From: Omnitrophica bacterium GWA2_41_15
GTDB lineage: Bacteria; Omnitrophota; Gorgyraeia; Ghiorseimicrobiales; Ghiorseimicrobiaceae
Direction: 5' to 3'
Assembly: GCA_919902105.1 (NCBI GenBank)
Contig: CAKKQO010000004.1
Coordinates: 4,180 to 58,431, forward strand
DNA length: 54,252 nucleotides
Under the pieces are notes generated by a model that was given only the letters and a program-made list of their open reading frames with translations, was not told the origin of the DNA and searched no databases. Made by a program: the position numbers and the translations under genes. This document shows positions 10,072 to 19,560 of the stretch, in pieces (position 1 is the stretch's first letter; each line of letters opens with the position of its first letter).

Positions 10072-10141
10072 CCCGCCCTTCCTTTCTTATTTTTTCCTAT
10101 AATACCCCAGCTTTTTCCTATCTCATATAGGAAGAGCGGGG
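10071..10141 (-). promoter_or_regulatory. efp-accB intergenic hairpin (13-bp outer stem, 1 mismatch) whose 3' arm contains the accB Shine-Dalgarno
   Basis: CCCCGCCCTTCCT (10071-10083) pairs with AGGAAGAGCGGGG (10129-10141); inner hairpin TTCCTAT-ctcat-ATAGGAA. Confidence 0.5.
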
Positions 10142-10142
10142 T

Positions 10143-10715
10143 TTATTCCGGCCCCGAAACCCTCTCTAAGTATTTACCTTCCTTAGTATCAACTTTAATA
10201 TAATCCCCGGAGTTGACAAATAAGGGGACGGAAATTACGGCTCCGCTCTCAATTTTAGCGGGCTTAAGCGTAGACTTGGCAGTGTCGCCTTTTAGCCCCG
10301 GCTCAGTCTCGGCTACTTTAAAAACAATAGAGTTAGGCAGGACAATGTTAAGTAATTCGTGTTGAAAGAAATAAGCCGTTACTTCCAAATTATCTTTTAA
10401 GTAATCGATATTATTACCCAACTGTTCTTTGGTTAATAAGCTTTCTTCATAGGTTTCCTGATCTATAAAATGGTATGAATCGTGCGAGGCATATTGATAC
10501 TGCAGCTTTTTCTGTTCGATAAAGGCTTCTTCTATTGATTCATTACTTCTAAAAGTGCGCTCTAACACCGTAGCTAACTTCAAGTTCTTAAGCCGTGTGC
10601 GGATAAAGGCCGCTCCTTTGCCGGGTTTTACGTGGTGAACTTCTAAAACCAGAAATACCTGTCCTTCCAAAAAAACAGTCAGTCCTGATTTACATTCTGT
10701 AATCGAGAGTGCCAT
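10143..10715 (-). CDS. efp: elongation factor P
   Basis: HHVKPGKGAAFIRTRLKN motif, 190 aa. Confidence 0.9.
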   Translation of the reverse strand: MALSITECKSGLTVFLEGQVFLVLEVHHVKPGKGAAFIRTRLKNLKLATVLERTFRSNESIEEAFIEQKKLQYQYASHDSYHFIDQETYEESLLTKEQLGNNIDYLKDNLEVTAYFFQHELLNIVLPNSIVFKVAETEPGLKGDTAKSTLKPAKIESGAVISVPLFVNSGDYIKVDTKEGKYLERVSGPE

Positions 10716-11769
10716 TTAAAATCCTTGCTCCTTTATCAGTAATTAAAACCATATCTTCAAGCCTTACGCCAAATTTTTGCGGAAAATAAACTGCAGGTTC
10801 AATAGTAAAAACCATTCCTTTTTTTAGGCGGGAACTATTTTTGCGGCTAATGGGCGGGTCTTCGTGAACTTCTAAACCGACACCATGCCCTAAACTGTGC
10901 CCGAAATTCCTTGACCAGCCGAAGCTTGCTATATATTCTCGGGCGGCCTTATCTATATCTTTCACGGCTACGCCCGGTTTTAGTAAATTGATAGCCTTTC
11001 TTTTTGCCGCAAAAACAACCTGATTCGCCTCTTTAATTTCCTTAGGTATTTTACCCAGAAAGAATATCCGTGTCAAGTCAGATTTATATCCGGAAATCTC
11101 TGCCCCCATATCTACTAATACCGGCTCGTTTTGTGCGATAATTTTGGCGCTGGTCTTAGCATGCGGCAGAGAACTGCGGCTTCCTGAAGCGACAATAATC
11201 TCAAAAGACGGCTTTTGCGCCCCTTTTAAGCGGATAAAACGGTTGGCTTCAGCAGAAACTTCTAACTCTCGCATACCCGGCTTAATAAAACCTTTCAAGA
11301 ATATAAAAGCTTCTTCGGTTAATTTAACCGCTCTCTCAATTTTTGCGAGCTCTTCTTCATCCTTTATTAGGCGCATTCTCTCCACCAAATCATAAAGCGG
11401 AACTAATTCAACCGTCTCTCCTAAGGCGCCGGTTAATCTGCCGTATTCATAAAAAGATAGCCTCCTTGATTCGAAACCTAAACGTCTGATTTTAAGTTTT
11501 TTAACTATAGATGATATGGTTTCAAAAATTGAACCCTTTATTCGCTCAAGGGAAAATTTTATATTTGCCTCTGCCTCTTCAATGTAGCGAAAATCCGTGA
11601 GCAGAAACGTCTGGCGGCGGCACGCCAAAAGATAGGAATCAGAAATTTCGTAATTACATAAGTATGATACGTTGGCAGGATAAGTTAGCAAAAGCGCATC
11701 TATATCCGAATGAACGAGCGCCTTGTAAAGATTATTTATCCGTTGGTTAGTTTGCTTAAATTTAGCCAT
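10690..11769 (-). CDS. Xaa-Pro aminopeptidase (M24 family)
   Basis: M24 metal-ligand blocks DMGAE..YKSD, HSLGHGVGLEVHE, EPAVY; sits between aroQ and efp as in many bacteria. Confidence 0.85.
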   Translation of the reverse strand: MAKFKQTNQRINNLYKALVHSDIDALLLTYPANVSYLCNYEISDSYLLACRRQTFLLTDFRYIEEAEANIKFSLERIKGSIFETISSIVKKLKIRRLGFESRRLSFYEYGRLTGALGETVELVPLYDLVERMRLIKDEEELAKIERAVKLTEEAFIFLKGFIKPGMRELEVSAEANRFIRLKGAQKPSFEIIVASGSRSSLPHAKTSAKIIAQNEPVLVDMGAEISGYKSDLTRIFFLGKIPKEIKEANQVVFAAKRKAINLLKPGVAVKDIDKAAREYIASFGWSRNFGHSLGHGVGLEVHEDPPISRKNSSRLKKGMVFTIEPAVYFPQKFGVRLEDMVLITDKGARILNGTLDYRM

Positions 11770-11784
11770 ACGCGTAGGTCAGCA

Positions 11785-12255
11785 CTATTTTGCAAACGTT
11801 GCAGAGGCCCTTAAACCTAAAATATAGCTCTCAATGCCAAAACCGCAGATTTGGCCTTTCGCTACGGAAGATATTAAAGAGGTATGCCTAAATTCTTCCC
11901 GGGAGTAGATATTGGATAAATGGACTTCAACGGTAGGAACACTGACTGCCGCAACTGCATCTCTTATCGCCACACTGGTGTGAGTATAAGCCGCAGGATT
12001 AATTAAAATCGCGCTGTATTTTTTAGGTGCTTTGCCGATTAAATCGACGATCTCTCCCTCATGATTTGACTGTTTGATATCTAAACTAACACCTAATTCG
12101 TCAGCTAATTTCTTTAATTGCTTATTTATTGCCGCTAAATTTACTTTCCCGTAAACGGAAACTTCCCGTTTACCTAAAAGATTCAGGTTTGGGCCGTGGA
12201 TAACTAATATTTTTTTATTTTTTTTCGTCACCCGGCCCTCCCTCTGCTTCATCAA
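11785..12255 (-). CDS. aroQ: type II 3-dehydroquinate dehydratase
   Basis: [32 protein letters not shown] motifs; true start may be the GTG at 12231. Confidence 0.9.
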   Translation of the reverse strand: MMKQREGRVTKKNKKILVIHGPNLNLLGKREVSVYGKVNLAAINKQLKKLADELGVSLDIKQSNHEGEIVDLIGKAPKKYSAILINPAAYTHTSVAIRDAVAAVSVPTVEVHLSNIYSREEFRHTSLISSVAKGQICGFGIESYILGLRASATFAK

Positions 12256-12391
12256 TTAACATCACTGGTATGCCGTCGCGAATCGGATATTTCCTTCCGC
12301 AAGAAGTACAGACGATTTTATCGTTTTCCAATTTTACATCGCTCTTGCATGCCGGACAGGCAAGAATTTCAAGAAGTTCTTTATCTATCAT
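12215..12391 (-). CDS. Trm112/UPF0434-family small zinc-ribbon protein (58 aa)
   Basis: Not in ORF track. [58 protein letters not shown]; CPxC...CxxC plus YPIxDGIPVML signature. Confidence 0.7.
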   Translation of the reverse strand: MIDKELLEILACPACKSDVKLENDKIVCTSCGRKYPIRDGIPVMLIDEAEGGPGDEKK

Positions 12392-12426
12392 TTTTACCTC
12401 ACTATTATTTAACCGGTTTACTATTT

Positions 12427-12549
12427 ACCCCGTTAGAGATAGCCCCGCCGCTTGCGGGGTGTCTATTAAGCTAAAACTCCATCAGGGCAAATGCTTCCCA
12501 AAGATAACCCAAACGCGTTAAGTACTTTTGCCGTTATCTCTAACGGGGT
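12427..12549. repeat. 123-bp element bounded by a perfect 15-bp inverted repeat (ACCCCGTTAGAGATA / TATCTCTAACGGGGT), with a subterminal GC hairpin; MITE/REP-like
   Basis: IR arms 12427-12441 and 12535-12549; hairpin CCCCGC-cgctt-GCGGGG at 12443-12459; the right arm supplies the last codons of the DUF1844 gene. Confidence 0.45.
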
Positions 12550-12919
12550 TTACCTTCGCGATATATTTCATCCTTAAGTCGTATAAGACGTTATCCAACA
12601 TACTGTCTTCTTCGCTGGATAGATTGCCGGTAGTTTTTTCTTTCAGCATGCTTAAGTTGTCAATAATAAACTTGGCCTGCATCAGGTTTTCTTCTTTCTG
12701 GTTATTTACAGGATTAGGGATTTCCCCTAAAAATATCGCTGCCTGAAGCGCAAGGGTGGTTAAGAAAAAACTAAAGTCGGCTTGAGGCGGCGTGAACTCT
12801 TCTTTTCCTTCAGTCTTGGCTTCGTTTTTTTCTTTATCTACCGTTTCCTTCCAAGACTCATCTATTGACTTATCATTTTCCGGCATGAAATTCTCCAATC
12901 CTCGCCTTACCAAGGCCAC
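12518..12919 (-). CDS. DUF1844-family protein
   Basis: FSFFLTTLALQAAIFLGEIPNP...AKFIIDNLSMLKEKTTGNL...LYDLRMKY pattern (recalled family); likely start is the ATG at 12886 with a GGAG upstream. Confidence 0.55.
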   Translation of the reverse strand: MALVRRGLENFMPENDKSIDESWKETVDKEKNEAKTEGKEEFTPPQADFSFFLTTLALQAAIFLGEIPNPVNNQKEENLMQAKFIIDNLSMLKEKTTGNLSSEEDSMLDNVLYDLRMKYIAKVNPVRDNGKST

Positions 12920-12967
12920 TGATTTACAGGAAAGCCAGCCTTAAATGAAGAAACTCAAACCCACTTT

Positions 12968-14518
12968 TCACTTTAACGATATGGTCACATATTTCGATGA
13001 AACATCATCAAGAGATATCTTTATCTGCCATGTTCCGTTAGATAAATTCTTAGTCCCTAAATTAAAAATATATTGATTATCAGTAGTGTCATATCTAAAT
13101 AAATTTCCTGTATTTGCTTCTCCCGGAGATTCTGCTTCTATTTCGGTTCCCGCAACATTGTCGCTAACTTTACTAAGATAAATTTTGGCTACCGCTGTGG
13201 AAATATAGTTACCAACATTATCCTTAAGTTGGAATTTTACAGGGATTACCCTCCCCAATTTGAATATGCTTGAGCCGTCTTGATTGATGGGCGGCAAAAC
13301 TCCGCTGTATAAATACCGCACATAATATGTGTGCTGTGCCTCTGTTTTATTGTCAGCATTATCTACTGCCACAACGCTAAAAGTCTTCGTACCAGCTGTC
13401 GCAGTATTAATAGCACTTCCTGAAGCAGTAGTGCCTGTTGCTGACTTGACTCCGGAGAGAAGATCAGTAGCCGACCATGATGCGATAACTTGGCCATTTA
13501 ATAAATATTCAGCTTTATTTTCTGGGGTGGTAATTATAACTTCGGAAGGGGTTTTGTCGAGGTTTAGTTTATGACGATTAGTTTGACCATAATTACCTTC
13601 TTTGTCTATAGCGGCATAAACTAATTCATAACTACCTTCTTTATCAAAAAATATATTAGCCTCGGCACTCTCAACATACTTATCTTGCATATCTCTTGTT
13701 CCCAAAATAGAATAATCAATTTCTCTTATTCCCGAACCTCCTTCATTATCCTGGGCAGTTAAGATTATAGTTAGGTAGCTGTTATGCCAATCGGCTTGGT
13801 TGGCAGAGGGTTGAATGTTTATCTGAATAGTAGGTGGGATGGTTTCAAGAGGGCGGATGCCGGTGGGTTTTTTAACACTGACTTTAGCTGTGCCGCTTAT
13901 ATTTCCTTTGGATACTGTAATAGTCACTTCGCCTAATTTATTGGGTTTAATATTCCCCTGGCTATCTACCGAAACAATCGAAGAGTCGCTGGAGGCAAAA
14001 TTTAAATCTTCTCTTGGGATTTTTCTTGTAATACCGTCAGAATACACTCCCTTCACACGAATATAATCCTTATCTTCAGCCTTGGGATTGCCGTCCCAGT
14101 CAGTAGTAAAATAAAAATGGGTATAGTCTCCGAAGTCAAAAGATATCAAAGAGGCTGTTTGCGCAACCTTAAGTGTTATATCGTCTACAGCTATATTACC
14201 GGAAGCGTCTCTGCTTAATACGCTAACATATGCTTCACCTATGGCCTTGAGGGGTATTTTGTCGGTAAAACTCCAAGGTAGGCTGGTTATTCTTTCATTG
14301 TGTTCTGAGCCGGCAATGTTAGCTATGCCTTCTTGAACTACAAAACCATCCACAGATTCAATGGTCACGGTTATTTCTTGTCCTGGATTTACAGTTGAGT
14401 CGTTAGGAGGGGTGGTAATCTTTATTCCTGGTTCGGCAAAACTAATTCCCAAAAAGATAGCTAATGACAAAACAACATAGAGAGTTATACTTAAAATAAT
14501 TTTCTTAGTTAATCTCAT
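12968..14518 (-). CDS. secreted multi-domain protein with Ig-like (Big_2-type) domains
   Basis: N-terminal signal/TM segment; Big_2-like stretch SSDSSIVSVDSQGNIKPNKLGEVTITV. Confidence 0.45.
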   Translation of the reverse strand: MRLTKKIILSITLYVVLSLAIFLGISFAEPGIKITTPPNDSTVNPGQEITVTIESVDGFVVQEGIANIAGSEHNERITSLPWSFTDKIPLKAIGEAYVSVLSRDASGNIAVDDITLKVAQTASLISFDFGDYTHFYFTTDWDGNPKAEDKDYIRVKGVYSDGITRKIPREDLNFASSDSSIVSVDSQGNIKPNKLGEVTITVSKGNISGTAKVSVKKPTGIRPLETIPPTIQINIQPSANQADWHNSYLTIILTAQDNEGGSGIREIDYSILGTRDMQDKYVESAEANIFFDKEGSYELVYAAIDKEGNYGQTNRHKLNLDKTPSEVIITTPENKAEYLLNGQVIASWSATDLLSGVKSATGTTASGSAINTATAGTKTFSVVAVDNADNKTEAQHTYYVRYLYSGVLPPINQDGSSIFKLGRVIPVKFQLKDNVGNYISTAVAKIYLSKVSDNVAGTEIEAESPGEANTGNLFRYDTTDNQYIFNLGTKNLSNGTWQIKISLDDVSSKYVTISLK

Positions 14519-14530
14519 TTATCTTACCTC

Positions 14531-16927
14531 CTACTGAAGAGGGAAGCCCTCCTCAAATAAATTACTATCTGTTGGTATATTCAAAAGTTCAATTACTCTA
14601 TTTGCCACATTTCCTCTAGTAACGTTCATATGGTGATGTTCAAAACTACTGGAAGCCAAAAAACCTAAGCTGCCGGTTTGGCTTTCCACAGATATCACCA
14701 AGTCAGAGTGATTTTCCACTACATACGGCCTTGTGTCATAGCCTAAAGTACTTAAAGTCCGGTGCGCCCAACCCAAAGTACCCGGCAAGAACCAAAATTC
14801 AAAATTACCTACCGGATAATCCCCGATAATAACATGGTTTGGTGTATGTATGCTCAATTTATTCATTTGTCTAATAGGGTCGCTCACGACCATTAAATCT
14901 TCTATTGCTCCTTCATCTAAAGGCATTCGCTGGTCCCTAAACTGCCTTAAAACCCATTCTCTTACGCTCGGATTTAAATTGTTAATACATTCTATTCCTA
15001 TATCCGCAAAAAAAGACCCATAATGCGGAGAATCAAGGGTGATGAGTTTGTTGATGTCGCCAGCCCAAAAATTGTCATCACGTTTATATTTTACATCAGC
15101 ATACATCTTATCACTCGCTGAGTATATTCGTGCCAATAATCCACCCATACTGTGTCCTAAAACATCTACTTGAACCATGGCGATTCCTTCTGGATAGGCT
15201 TGTTTTAAGCGGTATTGTTCCCTTATTTTTGCTATTATATCTTTTATTTTATTCTTATTAACATCAAAATGTCTAGCATTAGTATCTTCGTAATCAACCC
15301 TAAAAATCAAAATTCCAGGCCATTCACTAGCGAGAGCAAGAACGAAACCGTTCTCCCACCACATCTCCGGCCCTGACCACAGCCCATGCACCAACACCAC
15401 AGGCGGCCTTACTAATTTAATCTCTTGGGTAAATTCAAAATCTGGTGAGCGGTTGGATTTTACTTTTAAAGAGATTGTCCTTTCGGATACTTGTTGGTCT
15501 TCCGGGTGGTCCTGCCGGGCGAAGTTTTCAGGGGCCTGATATATGGCAAAGGCGATTTCGCCCTGAGAAGTATTAGAGCTGGTTACTATTATAGAGTTTC
15601 CTTCCTGCGAGCCGTCAATAGCGCGCAAGGTGCCGTTCTCGCCGGGATTAGCTTCGCCTTCTAATGAAAAGGTTAATTCATCAAGGCCGCTAAGAGGCAA
15701 CTTTAATAATAAACGTGTAATGCCGTCTGCTGTTGCCCCTATTACAACTGTCCCTTTCGTGGCAGCAAGTCTTTCAAGATCGTTAGAAATTTCCCTTCCC
15801 GCGCTAAAATCAACGCCGTCTAAAACTTCAAGCGCGGCCTTTGGTTTAGCCAAATATATCTCATAGTCACTCCCATCATAACCACGCCAGACTACTTGGC
15901 CGTTATGGATTTGAGGGTCATAATCATTATAATTATTATTAGTGAGTTGGATTATTTGCTTGCCATCGTAAAGATATATCTCATAATCATGGCCATCCCA
16001 GCCCCTCCAAACTACCTGACCACCGTAAATCTGGGGATCCTTATTTCCGTAAGTGCCCGTAAGTTGGATTGTTTGAACACCATCATAAAAAAGTACTCTG
16101 CCGCCAGATAGCCAAATTATCTGACCATTGTGGATTTTGGGATACTCATCAGGATAACTATTATTTGTAAGTTGCTTAATCTGACTGCCATCATAAAGGA
16201 ATATTTCGCTACGATCAGAAGAATAAGAAGAAGGCATTGCAAACCAAACTACTTGACCATTATGAATGTAGGGATAACCATCCCAATAGTCATTATTGGT
16301 CAGTTGAATGGTTCGTATGCCATCATAGAGGAATATCTCAGGATCATTACCATCATACCGCCACCAAACCACCTGGCCATTATGGATCTCGTAGCCAGCA
16401 AGCGCAGAAAAATCCATAAGCTGAAAAGTCTGGATGCCATCATAAAAAAATATAAAACTCTGCCACCAGCCCCAGCTATCCATCTCGTAGTGACACCACA
16501 CTACTTGCCCATTATGAATTTTAGGATCACTGTCCGGAGAATTATTATTCGTAAATTGGACGGTCTGGTTACCATCATAGAGAAATATCTCGTAGTCATT
16601 GCCGTCCCAGCCATACCAGACAACCTGGCCATTCTGGATTTGGGGTACATAATCATTATAAGCATTATCCGTAAGTCGATTAACCATAACTCCATTATAA
16701 ACAAATATCTCGTAGTCATTGCCGTCCCAGCCATACCAGGTAACCTGGCTATTATTGAGCCGGGGACTGTAATCCTGATAATTATTATTGCTGAGCTGGG
16801 TAATCGTGTATTCCGCAGCATAGAGATTAATGGCTGTAAAAAGAAAATAGCCGAAAGCAAAAGAAATAAAGATAAGAAATTTATTTTTTAAGATATGCAT
16901 TGAATATTTACTGTGTTTGCGTTTCAT
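14531..16927 (-). CDS. secreted protein: 8 tandem ~40-aa propeller-like repeats + C-terminal alpha/beta-hydrolase (lipase/esterase)
   Basis: Repeat consensus TNNxYxDxxPxIHNGQVVWxGxDGxDYEIFLYDGxQxxQL x8 (DNA approx 15830-16810); nucleophile elbow VLGHSMGG. Confidence 0.6.
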   Translation of the reverse strand: MKRKHSKYSMHILKNKFLIFISFAFGYFLFTAINLYAAEYTITQLSNNNYQDYSPRLNNSQVTWYGWDGNDYEIFVYNGVMVNRLTDNAYNDYVPQIQNGQVVWYGWDGNDYEIFLYDGNQTVQFTNNNSPDSDPKIHNGQVVWCHYEMDSWGWWQSFIFFYDGIQTFQLMDFSALAGYEIHNGQVVWWRYDGNDPEIFLYDGIRTIQLTNNDYWDGYPYIHNGQVVWFAMPSSYSSDRSEIFLYDGSQIKQLTNNSYPDEYPKIHNGQIIWLSGGRVLFYDGVQTIQLTGTYGNKDPQIYGGQVVWRGWDGHDYEIYLYDGKQIIQLTNNNYNDYDPQIHNGQVVWRGYDGSDYEIYLAKPKAALEVLDGVDFSAGREISNDLERLAATKGTVVIGATADGITRLLLKLPLSGLDELTFSLEGEANPGENGTLRAIDGSQEGNSIIVTSSNTSQGEIAFAIYQAPENFARQDHPEDQQVSERTISLKVKSNRSPDFEFTQEIKLVRPPVVLVHGLWSGPEMWWENGFVLALASEWPGILIFRVDYEDTNARHFDVNKNKIKDIIAKIREQYRLKQAYPEGIAMVQVDVLGHSMGGLLARIYSASDKMYADVKYKRDDNFWAGDINKLITLDSPHYGSFFADIGIECINNLNPSVREWVLRQFRDQRMPLDEGAIEDLMVVSDPIRQMNKLSIHTPNHVIIGDYPVGNFEFWFLPGTLGWAHRTLSTLGYDTRPYVVENHSDLVISVESQTGSLGFLASSSFEHHHMNVTRGNVANRVIELLNIPTDSNLFEEGFPLQ

Positions 16928-16944
16928 GGTTTTTGCGCCTGAGG

Positions 16945-17448
16945 CTATTCAATATCCATTACCAGGCTTTGTTCCTTAATCCCCCATTTTGCTAAGGCCT
17001 CTACAACGGCAATGAGCTCATATTTGTTTTTATCTGAGATTATTACTCGGAATGTAAATTCTTTGGCTATGCCTGTTTCTAAAGGCCCTACCCATAATTC
17101 TATTTTTTGTGTATATACCGGCTGGTTTGGGCCATCAGAGAAAAACTGACCCCTATCATCATAAGGTAATATTATAATACCTTCTTTCCTTATCGGTTCT
17201 ATACCTTCGGGCAAAAGACAACTGATATCCGCATGCATATCTTCTTGAGGCGTTACCTTAAGCTTTAATACTGTTTCTGTGTCTATGCTGGGAGCATTTT
17301 CTGTAGTGAATTCAATATTTACAGGTGGGGGTAAGGGTTCGGCAGCGCCTGCTGTAATATTCCAGACGGGACCAAAAAAGAAATATATTATCCCGATGGC
17401 TACTATGCTGAAAACGCAATTTGATGACCTTTTTGTTCTACCGTGCAT
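16945..17448 (-). CDS. hypothetical secreted protein
   Basis: N-terminal hydrophobic segment; co-directional with the two upstream secreted proteins; no recognisable motif. Confidence 0.35.
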   Translation of the reverse strand: MHGRTKRSSNCVFSIVAIGIIYFFFGPVWNITAGAAEPLPPPVNIEFTTENAPSIDTETVLKLKVTPQEDMHADISCLLPEGIEPIRKEGIIILPYDDRGQFFSDGPNQPVYTQKIELWVGPLETGIAKEFTFRVIISDKNKYELIAVVEALAKWGIKEQSLVMDIE

Positions 17449-17507
17449 ATATCTTCTCCAATCTTATTATAAATTCGACTTTTATTATACCATAATCTTA
17501 GATAAAT

Positions 17508-18323
17508 TCAACTGATGATTGCCCCGGCATAGCCCACTACCGAGCTATAGTCGCCGGTAGTATCGCCGCTATTTTCATATTTTATAAGTTCGGCTTTTTT
17601 TGCTCCTAAGTTACGCGCTGCCTCAAGCATAATAATTGCCGGAATATAACCGCACATCGAAATATCCTTCTCCTTGACTGTTTTATAAAGCAAATCCGGG
17701 TCTAATTTAAGTAGAGCGGAAATCGCCAGAGCGTCTTTCTCTTGGGCAACTTTTGCTTCTTCATAATGCGTCATATCGCTTGAGGCGATAATCTGCACTT
17801 GGTCAATCAGTTTTAACTCTTTAATCGCCTCGGAAATCCCCTTACCTATCTCTTTATAAATCTCTAATTTCCCGCCTCCGATAACAATCGGGACAAAACT
17901 AAAATTTTTATCACTTTTCAAATATTGCAGGAAGGGTAATTCTACTTCTACGGAGTGCTCATAGCGATGTGCCTGGGTGTCTTTTTTTAAAGAGGGGCAT
18001 TTTTTGAGGAGCTCTTCGGCCAAGGCTGAATTAATTTCTATTTTGCCTAAGGGTGTCTGCCAAACCTCCTCTATATCAAGGCTAAAAGGCTCTCCTATCC
18101 CGGTATGGTTAGGCCCGATAATTACAAAAATATCTTTAAGGTTAACGGTTGAGGCGGTTAATCCTGCAACCCTGCCGGAATACATATATCCGGCATGAGG
18201 AAGCAATAAACCGATTGCCTCTTTCTTTGTTTTAACCCCCACGCAAAGTTCGCTTACTTCGCGCTCAAGACTGTTTGCGGCAAGAGGATAAAACTGTCCT
18301 GCCATTACCGCTGCTCTAACCAT
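17508..18323 (-). CDS. MEMO1-family protein (AmmeMemoRadiSam system protein B)
   Basis: AGQFYP, LLPHAGYMYSG, SSDMTHY motifs. Confidence 0.8.
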   Translation of the reverse strand: MVRAAVMAGQFYPLAANSLEREVSELCVGVKTKKEAIGLLLPHAGYMYSGRVAGLTASTVNLKDIFVIIGPNHTGIGEPFSLDIEEVWQTPLGKIEINSALAEELLKKCPSLKKDTQAHRYEHSVEVELPFLQYLKSDKNFSFVPIVIGGGKLEIYKEIGKGISEAIKELKLIDQVQIIASSDMTHYEEAKVAQEKDALAISALLKLDPDLLYKTVKEKDISMCGYIPAIIMLEAARNLGAKKAELIKYENSGDTTGDYSSVVGYAGAIIS

Positions 18324-18326
18324 AAC

Positions 18327-19244
18327 CTAACCTAATGCCTGTTCTAAATGACGCCTTGCATCAATAATATCTTCAATTGTAGACGGTGCGTGCGCCTCAA
18401 TTACCTTGAGAATAGAATTAGAAATATATGGTTTTAATTTAGCAAAATCCAAGTCTCCTTTTAGCGGCGCAAGGTGATCGCGGCAGAGCTTTACGTCGTG
18501 GATATGTAAACCTATTAAACTTCTCCCGTAGCACTTCAAGAAATCGTAAGTTGAAACCACGAAACCTAAGTTTTCCATGACCTGCGCATGGCCCGTATCA
18601 TGCCAGTAAAAAATATTTTGGTTTTGAAAATGCGCAAGTATTATTCCGATTTCTTCAAAATTAGGGATTTCGCGGATATAAAAGCGGTTTTCAACGCCTA
18701 ACGCCACACCCAGCTTTTGCGAATAGTTGCTTAACTCTTCTAAGCTCTTAATTGCCTGCGAAAGATACTTCCTGGATTTAAGCTTTCTTTCTTCCTGCGT
18801 TCGATTTTTTAGCGCGGTAAATTCTTGGCTTTCTTTTAACCCTTGCGAATACAGCTCTATCAAAGTGCGAGTATTCTCCTGAATCAAAACATAGCCGCAA
18901 TGCAGGACTAACGCCTGTGCCTTAAACTTAGCGCAATAATCAATGCTTTTCTTGGTAAAATAAACTGCAGTTTTTCGTTCTTTTTCGTCAAGAGAAGCCA
19001 AGGAATAAACATCGGGCAGGGCATACTCTCTGGCTAACCTTTTAGGTATGGGGCAGTAATTATGCAGGCTAACGACTCTAATTTCCTTCTGATGCGCAAG
19101 GCGCAGGATATCTTTAACTATTTTTCCCGTAAGATTAAAACTAAGCTCTACCTCATCAAAACCCGCTTCTTTAATCTCACCTATGATACCTGAACCTTGA
19201 GAAAACCTTGCGGCATTCCAAGAAGTAGAAAGAGCGTAACTCAC
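18327..19244 (-). CDS. sugar phosphate isomerase/epimerase (xylose-isomerase-like TIM barrel)
   Basis: AP-endonuclease-2/TIM barrel pattern (GFDEVEL, LHCG, VENRF, HDTGH, HIHD); GTG start. Confidence 0.65.
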   Translation of the reverse strand: MSYALSTSWNAARFSQGSGIIGEIKEAGFDEVELSFNLTGKIVKDILRLAHQKEIRVVSLHNYCPIPKRLAREYALPDVYSLASLDEKERKTAVYFTKKSIDYCAKFKAQALVLHCGYVLIQENTRTLIELYSQGLKESQEFTALKNRTQEERKLKSRKYLSQAIKSLEELSNYSQKLGVALGVENRFYIREIPNFEEIGIILAHFQNQNIFYWHDTGHAQVMENLGFVVSTYDFLKCYGRSLIGLHIHDVKLCRDHLAPLKGDLDFAKLKPYISNSILKVIEAHAPSTIEDIIDARRHLEQALG

Positions 19245-19246
19245 TT

Positions 19247-19411
19247 TTATATCCTACTCGTTCTACCTTTTTTTCTCTTACGTTCGCTCGGTTTTTCGTA
19301 ATGCTTGCGCTCCCTGACTTCTCTTAAAATACCGTCTTTTTCAATTTGACGTTTAAATCTTCTCAAGGCCGATTCGAACGATTCATCTTTTCTTACTTCA
19401 ATCTGCGACAT
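19247..19411 (-). CDS. rpsU: 30S ribosomal protein S21
   Basis: Not in ORF track. [54 protein letters not shown] (54 aa). Confidence 0.85.
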   Translation of the reverse strand: MSQIEVRKDESFESALRRFKRQIEKDGILREVRERKHYEKPSERKRKKGRTSRI

Positions 19412-19560
19412 ACTTTATCCCCCATAACTTACGCCCTAATTTATACCATGTAAGCATAACACTGTCAACTCTTAATCCTACAAGGATAGGCCATCCTAAT
19501 ACCTTTACCCAGCAGGGTAGACTTTCTACTCCTTTGAAGGAAAGGTCTAAAAGGATGGGC

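Noticed and set aside
16130-16891. 253-aa plus-strand ORF, plus ORFs 15896-16111, 16237-16419 and 16501-16860
   Set aside because: They lie antisense or out of frame within the repeat-encoding part of the propeller-lipase gene. They are Ile/Arg-rich low-complexity translations produced by the DNA periodicity.
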